A DNA stretch of 64,000 nt from contig CBFDEM010000014.1 of the NCBI GenBank assembly GCA_965603825.1, forward strand, positions 434,001-498,000, given 5' to 3'. This document shows, in pieces, positions 24,585 through 36,320 of the stretch. The notes under the pieces were generated by a model. The model worked only from the letters and a program-made list of their open reading frames with translations. It made no database searches and was not told the origin of the DNA. This DNA is from Blepharisma stoltei ATCC 30299 (lineage: Eukaryota; Protista; Ciliophora). Every line of letters begins with the position of its first letter. The first letter of the stretch is position 1. The position numbers and the translations under genes were made by a program.

Positions 24585-24593
24585 GCTAAAACA

Positions 24594-25592
24594 TTATTTT
24601 ACAATTTTTAAGGTTTTGCACTTCCATACTTCAAACGATAATTTAATGACAAATCTCTACATATAAATTACAGCTTTAAATCTTCGTGCTTGCAGTTTTG
24701 TAACAAAGTTGCAAGTTTTTTGTTTCATTGAATTTTTACGAGTTGATTTTGAAAGTTTCTGTTCACGCTTGAATTTGTTTAAGAGGCACTTTAGTTTTTC
24801 AATCTTAATTAGCTCAGATTTGCTAGGGATTGTAACGTTTATAGGAGGGGTCAAATAGTCTGGATCATTTTTTTCAAGTGATGATCTGTTATTGCTCATT
24901 GTTCTATGTGATTTGTAAGAAGGGGTCTGAGGCAAATACATTTCTCGTAAATGAATTTTGCTTCTGCTTTTGGCATGTCTTGGAGAGTTTGCTTCTGTTT
25001 TAATATTCGTGAAATTGGAAGTTAGGTTTCTTTGGATTTTTTTTAGTGATTCTCTCGTAAATGATTTAGGATTTCTTCTAAGTGTAATGCTATGTGGCGA
25101 TTTCATATCATTCATTTGTGCGCTATTATTAAAAACTGGACTTACAAACGAAGTCGCAATTTCTTGCTTTTGATATAAACAGACAAATGATTTTGAATTT
25201 TCATGATTTCTTGCAATATTAGAGCTAGTATAAGAAAATTCAATGTTATACAGTATTTTGCATGGCTTTTCAATATGATTAATCAATAAATAAAAACTCT
25301 CATCTTCAGAATTGCACTTAAATGCCGCCAAAGCAATCCCTTTCAAAATTTTTTCAAAATTTAAATAAGAAATTTGAAGTTTGATATCAGGATTCAAATT
25401 GGCACTCATCGTTTTCATTACCACTCGTTTCAAGTCATATGAACTCATTAAATCTGGTATAATTTTTATAGCTGTACAAAGATTGACCAAATCATTATAT
25501 GACAGAGATTGCGCTGCAGGAGGAGATGTGTAGTGAGAAAATAAGCTGCGCAGAGCTGATCTGTTATTGTCTACAAGATATTTATCAACCAT
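24594..25592 (-). CDS. Hypothetical protein
   Basis: 311-aa ORF whose TAG is the acceptor of a 15-nt intron (24657-24671); continues RFVIKLSFEVWK to TAA at 24594. Confidence 0.7.
24657..24671 (-). other. 15-nt intron
   Basis: GTAATTTATATGTAG. Confidence 0.7.
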
Positions 25593-25667
25593 TTTATTAA
25601 TACAACTTATATTTATCCTTCAAGTTTCTAATAATGAATCCTATTAGAGTTTATCTAGATAATAATC

Positions 25668-27083
25668 TTATCTAAGTTTTTCCTGGAAGGATTGAGCGCT
25701 AAGGATACCATGAGGGTTTCCACCTAAAACTACTACAGTTGGGTATGACTTAAGCATTGCTGCAGCTGCTTTCCTAACTTGGTCAGTTGTGACACTCTCA
25801 ATATTTTTTTCGAAATCTTCATATCCTTTAAGTTCTCCTGTTTGTGCAAACTCTCTGGTGAGTTTAATCATTCTGGCATCAGGGTCTTGGTATTTGTTGT
25901 AAGTTGCCCTCTTAAGCTTTTGTTTGGCTCTTACTACTTCTTCATCAGTCACATTTTGCAGGTCACGGAGCTCTTTGACAAGAGCTTCACTGAGCTCTGC
26001 TGCTTTTTCATTTGGTGCTGCTACGTTGATTCTAAAATTGCCACTGTCTTGGAAAGTTTCATGGTGAGGATCAACATAAACAAGCCAAGGATTTTTTTGA
26101 TGGAAATTGGTGTGAGCTCTATTAAATAGCCCAGTGTTGCTTTGGCCAATTAAATATTTAAGAACACAAGCAGCATGACGCTCAGGCTGTGATCTCGAAA
26201 ATCCTTTGAAAGATAAACTTACATGAGTTAAAGGTGAATCACAGATTTCACGGAACTCTCCTCCTAAGTAAACTGAAGGTTCTCTTTTAGGAGCTTTGAT
26301 AGGGTCAATAAATCGATAATAGTCTGTAACTGTGTTCACAAATTCTTCGTGCTTATCAATTCCTGCTCCCCACACTACAATTCTGTCAGGTGTGATTGTT
26401 GCCTTTCTCCAATTATTCAGCATGAAAAACCCAATGCTTTGGAAGTGGGCTTGGTGTCCCATAAGAGGGTTTCCAAATCCTTTATACCCATAGGCAGTGC
26501 TGAGCCAGACATTTTCGATTTTCTTTGGTAGGGTTAAGTTATATTCATCAAGCCTGAATTTTTCATCTGTTCTCCACTGAGCTGCTTCTTCATCAATAAG
26601 AGTTTTTTCGTCAAGAACACAATCAGCAAGCATTTGGTTCATATCATAGAAATCGTGAGCTAAACAGTGGCCTTGATAGTTCATAAACTCTTGATTGAAC
26701 TCCATAGAGAATGCTCCTCCAGAGCTTTGTATCATACAGTAGTTGATTTGTTCATTGGTCCTGACATTGGTCTTTAAGAAAGTCTGTCTTAAAGCATTAA
26801 CTACTCCTGAGGTTTCAGCAGTCTCGTCACGAGTGCCTGCATCAATAGTTACGCCAAACCTCACATTTCCTGGGAATCTTGTGCTTTCTGTAACAATTCG
26901 AACACCATTAGGAAGAGTAGTTGATTGCAATTTTGGAGCAGTATCAGTTCGAGTTATTGGCTGGTGGTCTGGGATTTCACGGCCAGGTGGATAGCCTCCA
27001 ATAATCACTCCTGTGGTTGAAGGGTTTAATATGCCGAAGAAATTGCTGAGTATTCCAAACCTTCTCTTAATTGTGGTCAACAT
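25668..27083 (-). CDS. Non-catalytic M16 family protein (MPP-alpha / complex III core protein)
   Basis: Presequence MLTTIKRRF, TTLPNGVRIVTE, IDAGTRDE, YLGGE, FQDSGNF; no HxxEH. Confidence 0.88.
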   Translation of the reverse strand: MLTTIKRRFGILSNFFGILNPSTTGVIIGGYPPGREIPDHQPITRTDTAPKLQSTTLPNGVRIVTESTRFPGNVRFGVTIDAGTRDETAETSGVVNALRQTFLKTNVRTNEQINYCMIQSSGGAFSMEFNQEFMNYQGHCLAHDFYDMNQMLADCVLDEKTLIDEEAAQWRTDEKFRLDEYNLTLPKKIENVWLSTAYGYKGFGNPLMGHQAHFQSIGFFMLNNWRKATITPDRIVVWGAGIDKHEEFVNTVTDYYRFIDPIKAPKREPSVYLGGEFREICDSPLTHVSLSFKGFSRSQPERHAACVLKYLIGQSNTGLFNRAHTNFHQKNPWLVYVDPHHETFQDSGNFRINVAAPNEKAAELSEALVKELRDLQNVTDEEVVRAKQKLKRATYNKYQDPDARMIKLTREFAQTGELKGYEDFEKNIESVTTDQVRKAAAAMLKSYPTVVVLGGNPHGILSAQSFQEKLR

Positions 27084-27195
27084 ATTATTATTAGAAAATA
27101 CCTTATATCTTTATAGCTTGAAACATAAAAAGAGCTGCTTATTGATAATATCTTTGGAGATTTGAAAAAATGATGATGAAAAATAAATTATATAA

Positions 27196-27807
27196 ATGAA
27201 TTTTTGTAATTTGGGAGTATGGGAAGGGATTTTATTTGCTCTTGGGATATGAGTCCTTTTAAAAAGAAAAATCGAGAACTTTGAAAGGAAAAATTGTCTT
27301 GTATGCGAAGGAGGAGTCGAAAACTTAATCACTACTTCTTGTGGACATAAATTTTGTGGTAAGAGTAATTAAGGAGAGTGCATTTTTGATAATTATAGCC
27401 AAGGAAGAATATTAGAATGTCCGGCTTGTAAATCTCAAATATCTCTGCTGCTATTCGAGAATGCTAAAGGGTTTTCAAATGAAACACTAAAAGCAGTCTC
27501 AAAATTTAACATATCAAATGTAGAGAGAACTTTTTATCAAATTATGTATGATTCAATTTTTCTTATTTGAAATCTATTAGCCACTGCTTCAAAAGGCTCA
27601 TATCCAAAATATTGGAGAATTTACTTTGCTCTTATTGCAGGATTTCTTCATGCATGCCTATTTAACGATTTAATTGATGAATTTTTTAAAGTGCCCTTTG
27701 CCTTGGTTTTTAATTTATTGACAATGTTTGGAAGTTTAGTTTTATCTTCGCAGCTTTATTTTAATGCAAAGGTCTCAGAATCAGCACAGATTTTACTTGA
27801 TAATTAA
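27196..27807 (+). CDS. C3HC4 RING membrane protein (RNF170-like), absent from the ORF track
   Basis: N-terminal hydrophobic segment, CLVC...CGHKFCGEC...CPAC after removing intron 27359-27373, C-terminal hydrophobic segments; two TGA=W. Confidence 0.8.
27359..27373 (+). other. 15-nt intron
   Basis: GTAAGAGTAATTAAG; removal restores RING CxxC spacing. Confidence 0.88.
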
Positions 27808-28295
27808 TATTAAAAAGATTCAAATACTGTTTTAAATAATTTAATTATTAAGACAAACTCTTGAGTAATTTTTTTCGAAGCGGTGATAAGCCTTTTTTTC
27901 GTTACTATTAATTTTTCCATTACTTAAACTCTTTTCAATTCAAAATAAATCTGCAAACCTGATTGATCACCTCCAAAAATATACACATTTTACAATACTG
28001 AAGTCATCAGCTGTTTAGAAAATTATGAAATATTCTTGCAAAAACCTTATTTGTTTATATGCTATATTAAAAAAACTTCTTTTAGCTTTATATTTATAAG
28101 GTCAAAGTTTTAGGGATTTCATTAATAGAGAATATATCTCAATTTCTTCTTCTATAAGATTGGCTGAATCTTAGATATATCAAGTTGGGTTATTGCTTTC
28201 CATAGCTAGTTAAAATTATTCTTCATAATGATCATTTAATTCTATTTATCTAGCAATTTTGAGATGCATAATATCTAATAAATATCAAGTTAATT

Positions 28296-29171
28296 TTACT
28301 TCCCTTTCAGAAGAATATCTACAGAACTTTGAATATCGTATTTTGACTTCACAAGAGCAGAAATACACTTTAATGGGTCATTAAAGCCAAATTCTTTCAG
28401 CTTATTCACCATTTTCTGGATTTCTTTTCCAGTAGGCCTTTTATACATAGCCCCAGAGCAGTCAGCTTGGATTGGAGGATATTGTACATTTTTAATTTCT
28501 TGCTGCAGCTGGATAATTGGCTTTTTCACTGGCTCAATAACTAACGATGAGTCAGATCTTTTTCGCAGCTTATTAAACGACGATTTAATTTTTATGAGCG
28601 GATGGCTGTGCTCTACCCTATCTTCACACGTTTCACATAAAAAATAATTGCATTCCATGCAATGATAGAGGACCCCTACAACTGGCTCCACTTTACAATT
28701 TCCGCATTCGATTCCATCATGTATAACCTGGATGCTGGATTCGCGGATAATGCTTTTTCCTGCCAATAATTCGGCTTTAACTATATCCCTTATGCTCATT
28801 AACAAGCCATTTGGGATGCTTGACAGGTCTTGAATATTGTCAGTATCGATTTCAGTCTGGATGCCTTGTTCATTGATTTCTGATTTTTTAACTATTTCTT
28901 TTGCTTCTTCTTTTGATTCTCTGCTTTTTTTAGGACTTTCTGACTCAAGTAGAACGAGGTTGTCCGTTTTGAAAAGAGAAGTCTCAATTATTTCCGAGTT
29001 TTCTATTATTTTCTCTTCTTCACTTTCAATAGAGTGAAGAATGAATTCTTCGTCTTCATGCTCAGGGCTTGAGTCATCCGAATTGATGATGGGTATATTG
29101 TCTAGCAGTGACTCTTTAGCTTCGTTCGTGTCAGCACTGTTTAGTTGCATATCAGATTCTACTGAAACCAT
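28296..29171 (-). CDS. ZZ zinc finger + UBA protein (p62/NBR1-like, no PB1)
   Basis: HDGIECGNC..PVVGVLYHCMEC.YFLCETCE...H.H; C-terminal LKEFGFND...DIQSSVDILL. Confidence 0.82.
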   Translation of the reverse strand: MVSVESDMQLNSADTNEAKESLLDNIPIINSDDSSPEHEDEEFILHSIESEEEKIIENSEIIETSLFKTDNLVLLESESPKKSRESKEEAKEIVKKSEINEQGIQTEIDTDNIQDLSSIPNGLLMSIRDIVKAELLAGKSIIRESSIQVIHDGIECGNCKVEPVVGVLYHCMECNYFLCETCEDRVEHSHPLIKIKSSFNKLRKRSDSSLVIEPVKKPIIQLQQEIKNVQYPPIQADCSGAMYKRPTGKEIQKMVNKLKEFGFNDPLKCISALVKSKYDIQSSVDILLKGK

Positions 29172-29218
29172 CTTTATATTTTTTCAAATGATTAAATTAT
29201 ATATAAAATAGCAAATCA

Positions 29219-31096
29219 CTATGAATTGATTCTAAATATTTTGGTTTCTTTGGATTTAAACGATTGGTTTGTCTTGGTCATTAGATAAGAGCTCTTTGCT
29301 TCTTCATTGAGGGCACTGCTTTCAAGCGCAACTCTATTTATATAAGGATCAAAAGGAACTTCTTTTTTAATCCTTAACAAATCTTTAAACGACTTTCCTT
29401 TGTCTTCAGTGTCTTCCGACCATTCTTCTGTAGGCTCATACTCTGTTTCTTCTACTTTCATATTGTTTTCTTGGAACAAGTTCAGCATTCTTTCTTGAAT
29501 ATCATTTTCAAATAAATGAGATTTTCTTCGGTTTTTTGCAACCTCTAAAATCCTTTCGAGTTCGTCTTTAGGCTCATATTTTGTTCGAGCATTAGGGTCT
29601 TTAGGGCACTCTTGAGTTGAATGGCCAAGCAGCTTGCAATTCTATATATAATTTACCGTGCATCATCTGTTGGCGTTTTTCAAATTCTCATTAGTGACTT
29701 CAATTTCATCGTCATCTTTTGATGTATGCTTAGAAGAAACACATCCTGGGGCATCTTTACCTGTTTTTCCGCAGCACCAATACACATCTCCATTAAATTT
29801 ACTTTTATGAGTTTTGCAAGACCAATTATAGTTTTCAGACTCGATATAAGGCTTTTGGCAGTTTTTGCAAAACTTTTCTTCAATTTCTGATTGAAATTTG
29901 ACTTGCTTTAGTCTTTGCCGTAGTCGATTGTATTCATTTGATATATCATTGAATTTTTTTTCAAGAGTAGAGCATTCTTGCTTTGTTGTCACTAATTCTT
30001 GCTGAGCTTTTGTGAGCTCACTCTCAAGATTAGCAACTCTGTCTTTGAATGCTTTATAAATTTTGTCACGCTGACCTTGAAGCTCGCTTTTTAGCTCAAT
30101 GAGCTCAACAGAGTCTTTAAATAATTCATCCCTACTTGACGACACATTTTTCAATTCACTATATAAATTAATAAAATCATTTGACAATACTTTGCCTCAT
30201 TGGCTTAAAATCTCATATTCATCAGTTAGCTTAGCTTCCGCACTTCAAGCCTTAGTAAGAAGATCAAAAGACTCAAAAAGTCCTTTTAGTCTTTCCCCCA
30301 TAATTTCGCTCTGCATTACAAGCAAAGAATTTCCATGATGAAGCTGCAATGCAATATTCTTTAATTTGTCATTCTTTGCCATTTCATCATGCAGCTGAAT
30401 TCCTAGCGCGCTAACTTTAGTATCAAGTTCGCTATTATGTTTTTGATACTGCTGGATTTGCTCTTCAAGCATATTATAGTGCTGCTGGGCTCCTTGAAGT
30501 TCTTTATTCAACTCAATATGCTCAAAATTCAATGCAAAATAATTTGCCTCAACTCTAAATAGTGTATCCTTCACTTTATCAAATTCATTCTTTATTATTT
30601 CTTTTTCTTGTTCAACTTTTTTTACACATTGAACTTGCTTCTCAACTTCTTCTCTCAAAAGCTTGATTTCTTGGTTTAATTTATCACTGAGTTTTAATTC
30701 TGAATAAACAGTCCCATCTATAGCAGATAATGAGTTGTTTCTTGATCTTTCAGTTTTTGGAATCCCAAAAGCTTGAGATCTTTTTGTATCTTTGAGATTT
30801 CGAGTGTCAGCTTCAAACATCGGTAAAATATATTTTTTAACAACTTCTGCAGCTATATCAGGAGACACTTTTATATTCAGACTTTTGGAGTTTCTATGTG
30901 AAATTCGTTCAGTTGATGAAATCCCTTGTAAGTCAGCTTTAATTGTGCGTCCTCGGCTAATTGTCACATCTCGAGTTGTTGATTCAGAATTAGGGTGATT
31001 TAGCACTGGAGTCAGTCTAACAGTATTAGGAGAGATATTTGAAATGTTTGAAAGAGATAAAGAGTGAATTAAATCTTTTCTATTTCCTACAATCAT
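29219..31096 (-). CDS. Long coiled-coil protein with Cys/His zinc modules
   Basis: Three ORFs joined by TGA=W (30245, about 30197, 29663) and intron 29642-29656; CKNC..CKTH..WCC..GC..H followed by CCHC knuckle CTNCKLLGHSTQEC. Confidence 0.8.
29642..29656 (-). other. 15-nt intron
   Basis: GTAAATTATATATAG; removal restores a CCHC knuckle. Confidence 0.85.
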
Positions 31097-31898
31097 ATTT
31101 TAATTCTCTTTAATTAAACAATTAGATAAAAATGAGATAAAAGAGTGAAGGATGGGCTGATTAGTTTATTTCAAATAATGAGGATTTTTCAGAAACTAGT
31201 AAAAGATTTCAATTATAGATACCATTTTCTTAGTACTTTCTGATTCTGAAGGTTGCACTCTTTAGCTATGAATTTATAACTAGACTAATATAAAATTCCT
31301 TTTGATTCAAAATTTTATAATAGAAATAAGATTTTGTTGCTTTTGTTTATTAGTCCAAAATAGAAAATTTGATGTTATCGTGGTTTGAAGGTTTAAGGAT
31401 ATTATGTTTTTCTCAGATTCGGATAGTGGAGGAATATAAAATTTTGTATTTGAGATAAATTAAACTGATTTCTAGCACATTCTTATTTTAAAAATGTTTA
31501 CTTTTTGAAAGAAAAAATTAAATTGCGATTGCATTAGCTGTACTGAAACGACAAAAATTTAAATAACCTTGCTAAATATAATTTTTTAGCAAACTTATAG
31601 ATAAATTTACTATTCAACCCTATTTCTCATTTAAATAGTGGCTGAATAGATTCTTCCCTATTGCAAAAAAAATTCTTAAGTTTTATTCTATAATAAAGAT
31701 CGTTTCTGATCAGTTTAATGAATCAAGCAAAATCTTATGTTGAATATTAAAAATTTAATGCTCTATAGGCACAAAAAATTGAAAGCTATAACTTATAAAT
31801 AAAAAATAGTTAAGAATAAATTTAATAAACATCTTTCAATATAATAATCCTATTTGAAAATCATTCCATAGAATGGATTATAATTTTACATTAACTTA

Positions 31899-32525
31899 AT
31901 GAAGCGAACATATGTTTTTATTGCTATCGCAATCGCAACCCAAGCTTGTGACCAAGTTTGCCAAGATAAATGCACAAAACAAAATAAAGGTTCAAGTTGC
32001 TATGAATTATGCCAGTGCGAGTCCCCGCTGCCACCACCTTTAGAAGAATTTGTTGCCAAAGGCAATTCTTATTCTTTACCTAAAATTAAACAAGACGAAA
32101 AATTGTGGGCTGAGCGCGAGCTCGGATGCGACGTCACCTCTCTTGAAATCTGCTTACAACTTGCACAAAAAGGCGAAGACAAATATCAGTGTGCAATATA
32201 TTCTGGCTGTGAAGACCTCCTTGTCGAACAAAAGAAAGGGCAAATAATTGAGGCTTTCTCATATGATGCTGGTTGTACTGAAAACTGTGAGTTGTTGTGC
32301 AATGAGGCAGAGGGTAATCAAGAATGTACAATCAATTGTCAGCAACGTTTTTGTGTAGCAGAAGAGGAACTTGCTGAGGAGGAGGATGAGTTTGGCTGAT
32401 ATATAGCCATTCAGATTCTGCTGATCTTTCTGCTGGGGATTATATTATTGCTGGCAATCAGAAAACAAATCATACACAGAGCCATCAAACGGCGGTTTGG
32501 TAGACCTTTGCTTGTCAGCTATTAA
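31899..32525 (+). CDS. Cysteine-rich type I membrane protein
   Basis: Signal peptide, CxxxCxxxC clusters; TGA 32397-32399=W reveals a TM helix (YIAIQILLIFLLGIILLLAI) and a basic tail. Confidence 0.82.
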
Positions 32526-34043
32526 GCAAAATCTTTTTTCAATTTAAACTTAATAGATAACTATTGATGTTTCTTTGGTAAATCAATTTGTGTGTCTGTA
32601 CTGCCTTCAACGATTGTCTTCTAGATTTCAATAATTTGTAGAGAAAACGGATTTTTGCTGGTGAAATAAGAATTTAGAGCGCAAGAATTTAGGCCAAGCT
32701 TTGATTTGAACGTTTAATCTGCTAGCTACGTACTTAGCCTAAATTTATTGAAATAAAATTTTGGAAAGTAGTGATAAGAAGTGTTGCGAAATATATTGAT
32801 AATTATACTTGCAGAAGCTCAATACAAATAAATAAGCTGCTTTTGATGAAAAATCTATATTTTTGCCCATAGCAAGTCTCAACAATCAAAAGAATTTGAA
32901 TTATGTATTCCCAATTCGACACTTGGCTCTTCTAGTTATTCAATATAATTTCAAAGTTTTTCATCAAATTCAAATTATTAATCAATAAAGCAGAGGATTT
33001 GATGCAGTATTTATTCTTAGCTCTTTTTTCTCAAAATTTTTTGAATAAAAATTGAGCTAAGATTCAGTATAATAAGAATAATTGTTTGCAGAAAGTAGAT
33101 GAATTGCTTGAAATGAATTCGAAGGAGCTTCTTCCTTAGGAAGGTAAAAATGTGTAAATCTCTATCTTTAAAGTAGTTTTAAAGTAACGCTTTTAAAATT
33201 TGAGGAAAATTAGGTCTTCAATCTGAATTATTTCATTGAGCTCAAAAAACTAGGATAAAGCTTAAATTGACTCTTGCTTTAAGCTGACCTTATTTCAAAG
33301 CAAAAAAAGCGCATCCATTAAAATTATAGCCCATTTATGAAAGATTTCATTAACTTTCATAATTTTTAGAATTATTGATTTTAGCAATTTTAATTCCTAA
33401 TGCGAAAAGTAACAAATAAAAACTTTAGAAATTGAAGTATTTTTATAATAAATATTATAAAATAAAGTTATTTTATTAATATTTTTTTATTTTTATTATT
33501 CTTTAGGAAGTCATTTAGATTTGAGTCATATATATTCAACCTATAAAAGAATATGCAAGTTTTTTGTATAGAATTGGTGAAAATTATTTTGTTTTTGACA
33601 TTTTGATTAAATAGTCTTGTATCCATTTTTCAAGAAAATGGAAATCTGTTATTGTGAGTTTTCAAATAAAATGCTTGATAGAATTCTATTTAAGTATGAT
33701 AAACAAGCTTATATATCTTCATCAGTAATAAATATATATAGTTTATATGATCTAATGCTTTTAAGCTTATTTATTTTAATGTCTCAGACTCTTTTCTAAA
33801 TATCTTGAAAAAGATTTAGAAATTTAATTTCATAAAAACTTATTATACTTAGGCTATAAAGAAGTCGATCATTTTTAAAAGCAGCTCTATGATCTCATTA
33901 TCGCTTTTGATAAATAAAAATGATGTATTTTCATAGAGATATACAACTTAAGTTTTTCCCTTTAAAATTAAGAGACAAGATTTATGTATATACAAGTGAA
34001 AATTACTTTAGACACTATTAACATATATGTATATCAGAATTAT

Positions 34044-35138
34044 CTATGATGACAATCTTTTGTTGCCTTTTGCATAGTTTTTAATTTGCAGAGTTACCTC
34101 ATCTTCTTTGCTGTTGTGCATATTAGAATCAAACTGGTATCCCACAAAGAGTCCCTGTATTGATTCTTGTGCTAAGGATGGATCAATTTCATCCTTAAAA
34201 TCGCTGCACACTCTTGAGTCAAAATTATCTTCTTTCGGAGGCACATATGGAGCTTCTAATGATTTTTCCAGAAGCTTTTTCCATTGAAAATCTCTCAGCC
34301 ATGCGTGGTTCTTGACTTCAGAAGGCCCGTTATTGCCTAATCTGTTTTGTGATTTTCTTTGTAATAATTTGTTGATAAAATCTGCAGCTTCCATCGACCA
34401 TCCTGCAGGCACATCTGACTTTTTAAGCTGAACCTGCTTAGCTAAAATTTGTTCCTTGATTTCTTTTCTATTTCTTCCTAAGTAAGGCCTCCTACCAGTC
34501 ATGAATTCATAAGCTATGACTCCAACTGCAAAATAATCTGCAGCGATCCCATGGTTTTGTCTGCACATAACTTCAGGAGCCATGTATCCTGGTGTCCCAG
34601 ATGTGTCTCTATAATTCTCAGGTGTTATTACTTTTGAAATCCCAAAGTCAGTTATCCTTAGATACCCCTTATGGTCGAAAACTAAATTTTCAGGCTTGAT
34701 ATCCCTGTGAATAATTCCATTTATATGGAGGTATTCAAGCCCAGTTATGATGCACGCCACGAAGAACCTCGTTTGTTCTTCATTGAACCTCTTATTTCTT
34801 CCCAAGTGATAGCGTAGGTCTCCACCTGTCATGAGGTCCATTGCAAGATAAAGGTTGTCTCTGTCTTGAAATGCATACTGCATATTTACCATGAAGGGGT
34901 GTTTTATCATTGAGAGAAGTCGTCGCTCATTCATGACAGAAGAAACACTTCTTTTACTGACCACTCTCAATTTAAGCATCTCCTTCATTGCATAGACTTT
35001 CTTACCCTTTTTGAGCTCTACTTTCCAAACCCTGCCGAAACCTCCACGTCCGATGACGTTAAGAAAATTGAAGTGGCTTCTAGACATGATAGGGTTGTCA
35101 ACTTCTTGATGATTTGGCTTGTCTTGTATGCTGCCCAT
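34044..35138 (-). CDS. AGC-family Ser/Thr protein kinase (STK32/YANK-like)
   Basis: GRGGFG, YAMK, HRDIKPEN, DFG, GTPGYMAPE; MG start may be myristoylated. Confidence 0.95.
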   Translation of the reverse strand: MGSIQDKPNHQEVDNPIMSRSHFNFLNVIGRGGFGRVWKVELKKGKKVYAMKEMLKLRVVSKRSVSSVMNERRLLSMIKHPFMVNMQYAFQDRDNLYLAMDLMTGGDLRYHLGRNKRFNEEQTRFFVACIITGLEYLHINGIIHRDIKPENLVFDHKGYLRITDFGISKVITPENYRDTSGTPGYMAPEVMCRQNHGIAADYFAVGVIAYEFMTGRRPYLGRNRKEIKEQILAKQVQLKKSDVPAGWSMEAADFINKLLQRKSQNRLGNNGPSEVKNHAWLRDFQWKKLLEKSLEAPYVPPKEDNFDSRVCSDFKDEIDPSLAQESIQGLFVGYQFDSNMHNSKEDEVTLQIKNYAKGNKRLSS

Positions 35139-36026
35139 GCTTACGAGTTTATTAATTTAATATTATGGCTTAAATTACTCAGAAACAAATAAAAAGTGGA
35201 AAGTTTGCAAAAATATATTTAGGCATGTATATGAAAAAATCAGTGGTGAGTCGAAAAGAAATGATGGCTAAAGGCGTTTTTAAATTGGTTAGATTAAATA
35301 TGTAAATGGGAAAATTATGGTAGTTGCTGGAACAGATTTTGACATACAAGAGGCAAGTGAAGTTTTTATAAAAAAAAATATAACCAATTTACTGATTATA
35401 ACCTGCTAATATTCGGATATTAGTATCGCAAGCTTTAATTCGATAATTTTAAATAAAATTTAATTATAATGATATTTAAGATTGGTAATAATTTTTAACT
35501 GTCTCAATTTACTTATTGTTTTGAGAAAATCAAGCAAATTAAAAATAAATAAGATCAGTTCACACTAAGAAGAAATTATTTATTATTATAATCCTGAGCT
35601 GTAAAAAGAATAGACTATAAGTTTAACGCATATTTTTGCATGTAATTATTCAAAATCGATCAGAAATCATATTTAATTTTGAGACATTTCTAGAAGAGAA
35701 AAAACGTGTGAAAAAATAAAATAAATCGATAAGCTTTAGGCATTTTTGGTTGCAATAAGATTTCTAAGCCTCTTCAACGTTTTTTTTAAGTCATCAAATA
35801 TTTATAATTAACTTGAAATATAAATTCAAGTGCTAAATTTAAAATTATCATAAGGCTAAAATAATAAATTTAGGTAAATTCCTAATTTTAATTAAATTTC
35901 AAAATTTTTATGATTATTAAAGATTAAATATAAAATATCTTGCAAATATTTCTCAAAGTCTTAAATATAGCCCAATAAAAATTTATCATATTTCACTAAA
36001 TCTTTATGCTAAACCTTAAATAAAAA

Positions 36027-36320
36027 ATGGAAGAAGAGAACTACAAAGAAAAGTACAAAGCGCTAAAAAAGAAGTTCAAAGCATTGCAATCTGTGAGTTT
36101 AATATAGGAAAATCAAAAAGTCCAAGCACAGTTAGAACTAGCAAACAGAACGGGAAAAGCAATACAAAGAGAAAGAAAGTAAGATTTAAATAGCTTTCTA
36201 GTTGAAAAGCTTGCCTCTTCAATTAAAAAAAATCCACTACGAGATCGCCCTTCAAAGCGTCAAAAAATAGCTACTGATGAAGTGCCAGTTAAAACAGAAG
36301 AAAATAAAGCAAATCCATAA
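36027..36320 (+). CDS. Small INO80E/TFPT-like coiled-coil nuclear protein, absent from the ORF track
   Basis: Three exons: MEEENYKEKYKALKKKFKALQSENQKVQAQLELANRTGKAIQRERNFLVEKL...PSKRQK; introns 36093-36107 and 36179-36193. Confidence 0.78.
36093..36107 (+). other. 15-nt intron
   Basis: GTGAGTTTAATATAG. Confidence 0.8.
36179..36193 (+). other. 15-nt intron
   Basis: GTAAGATTTAAATAG. Confidence 0.8.
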
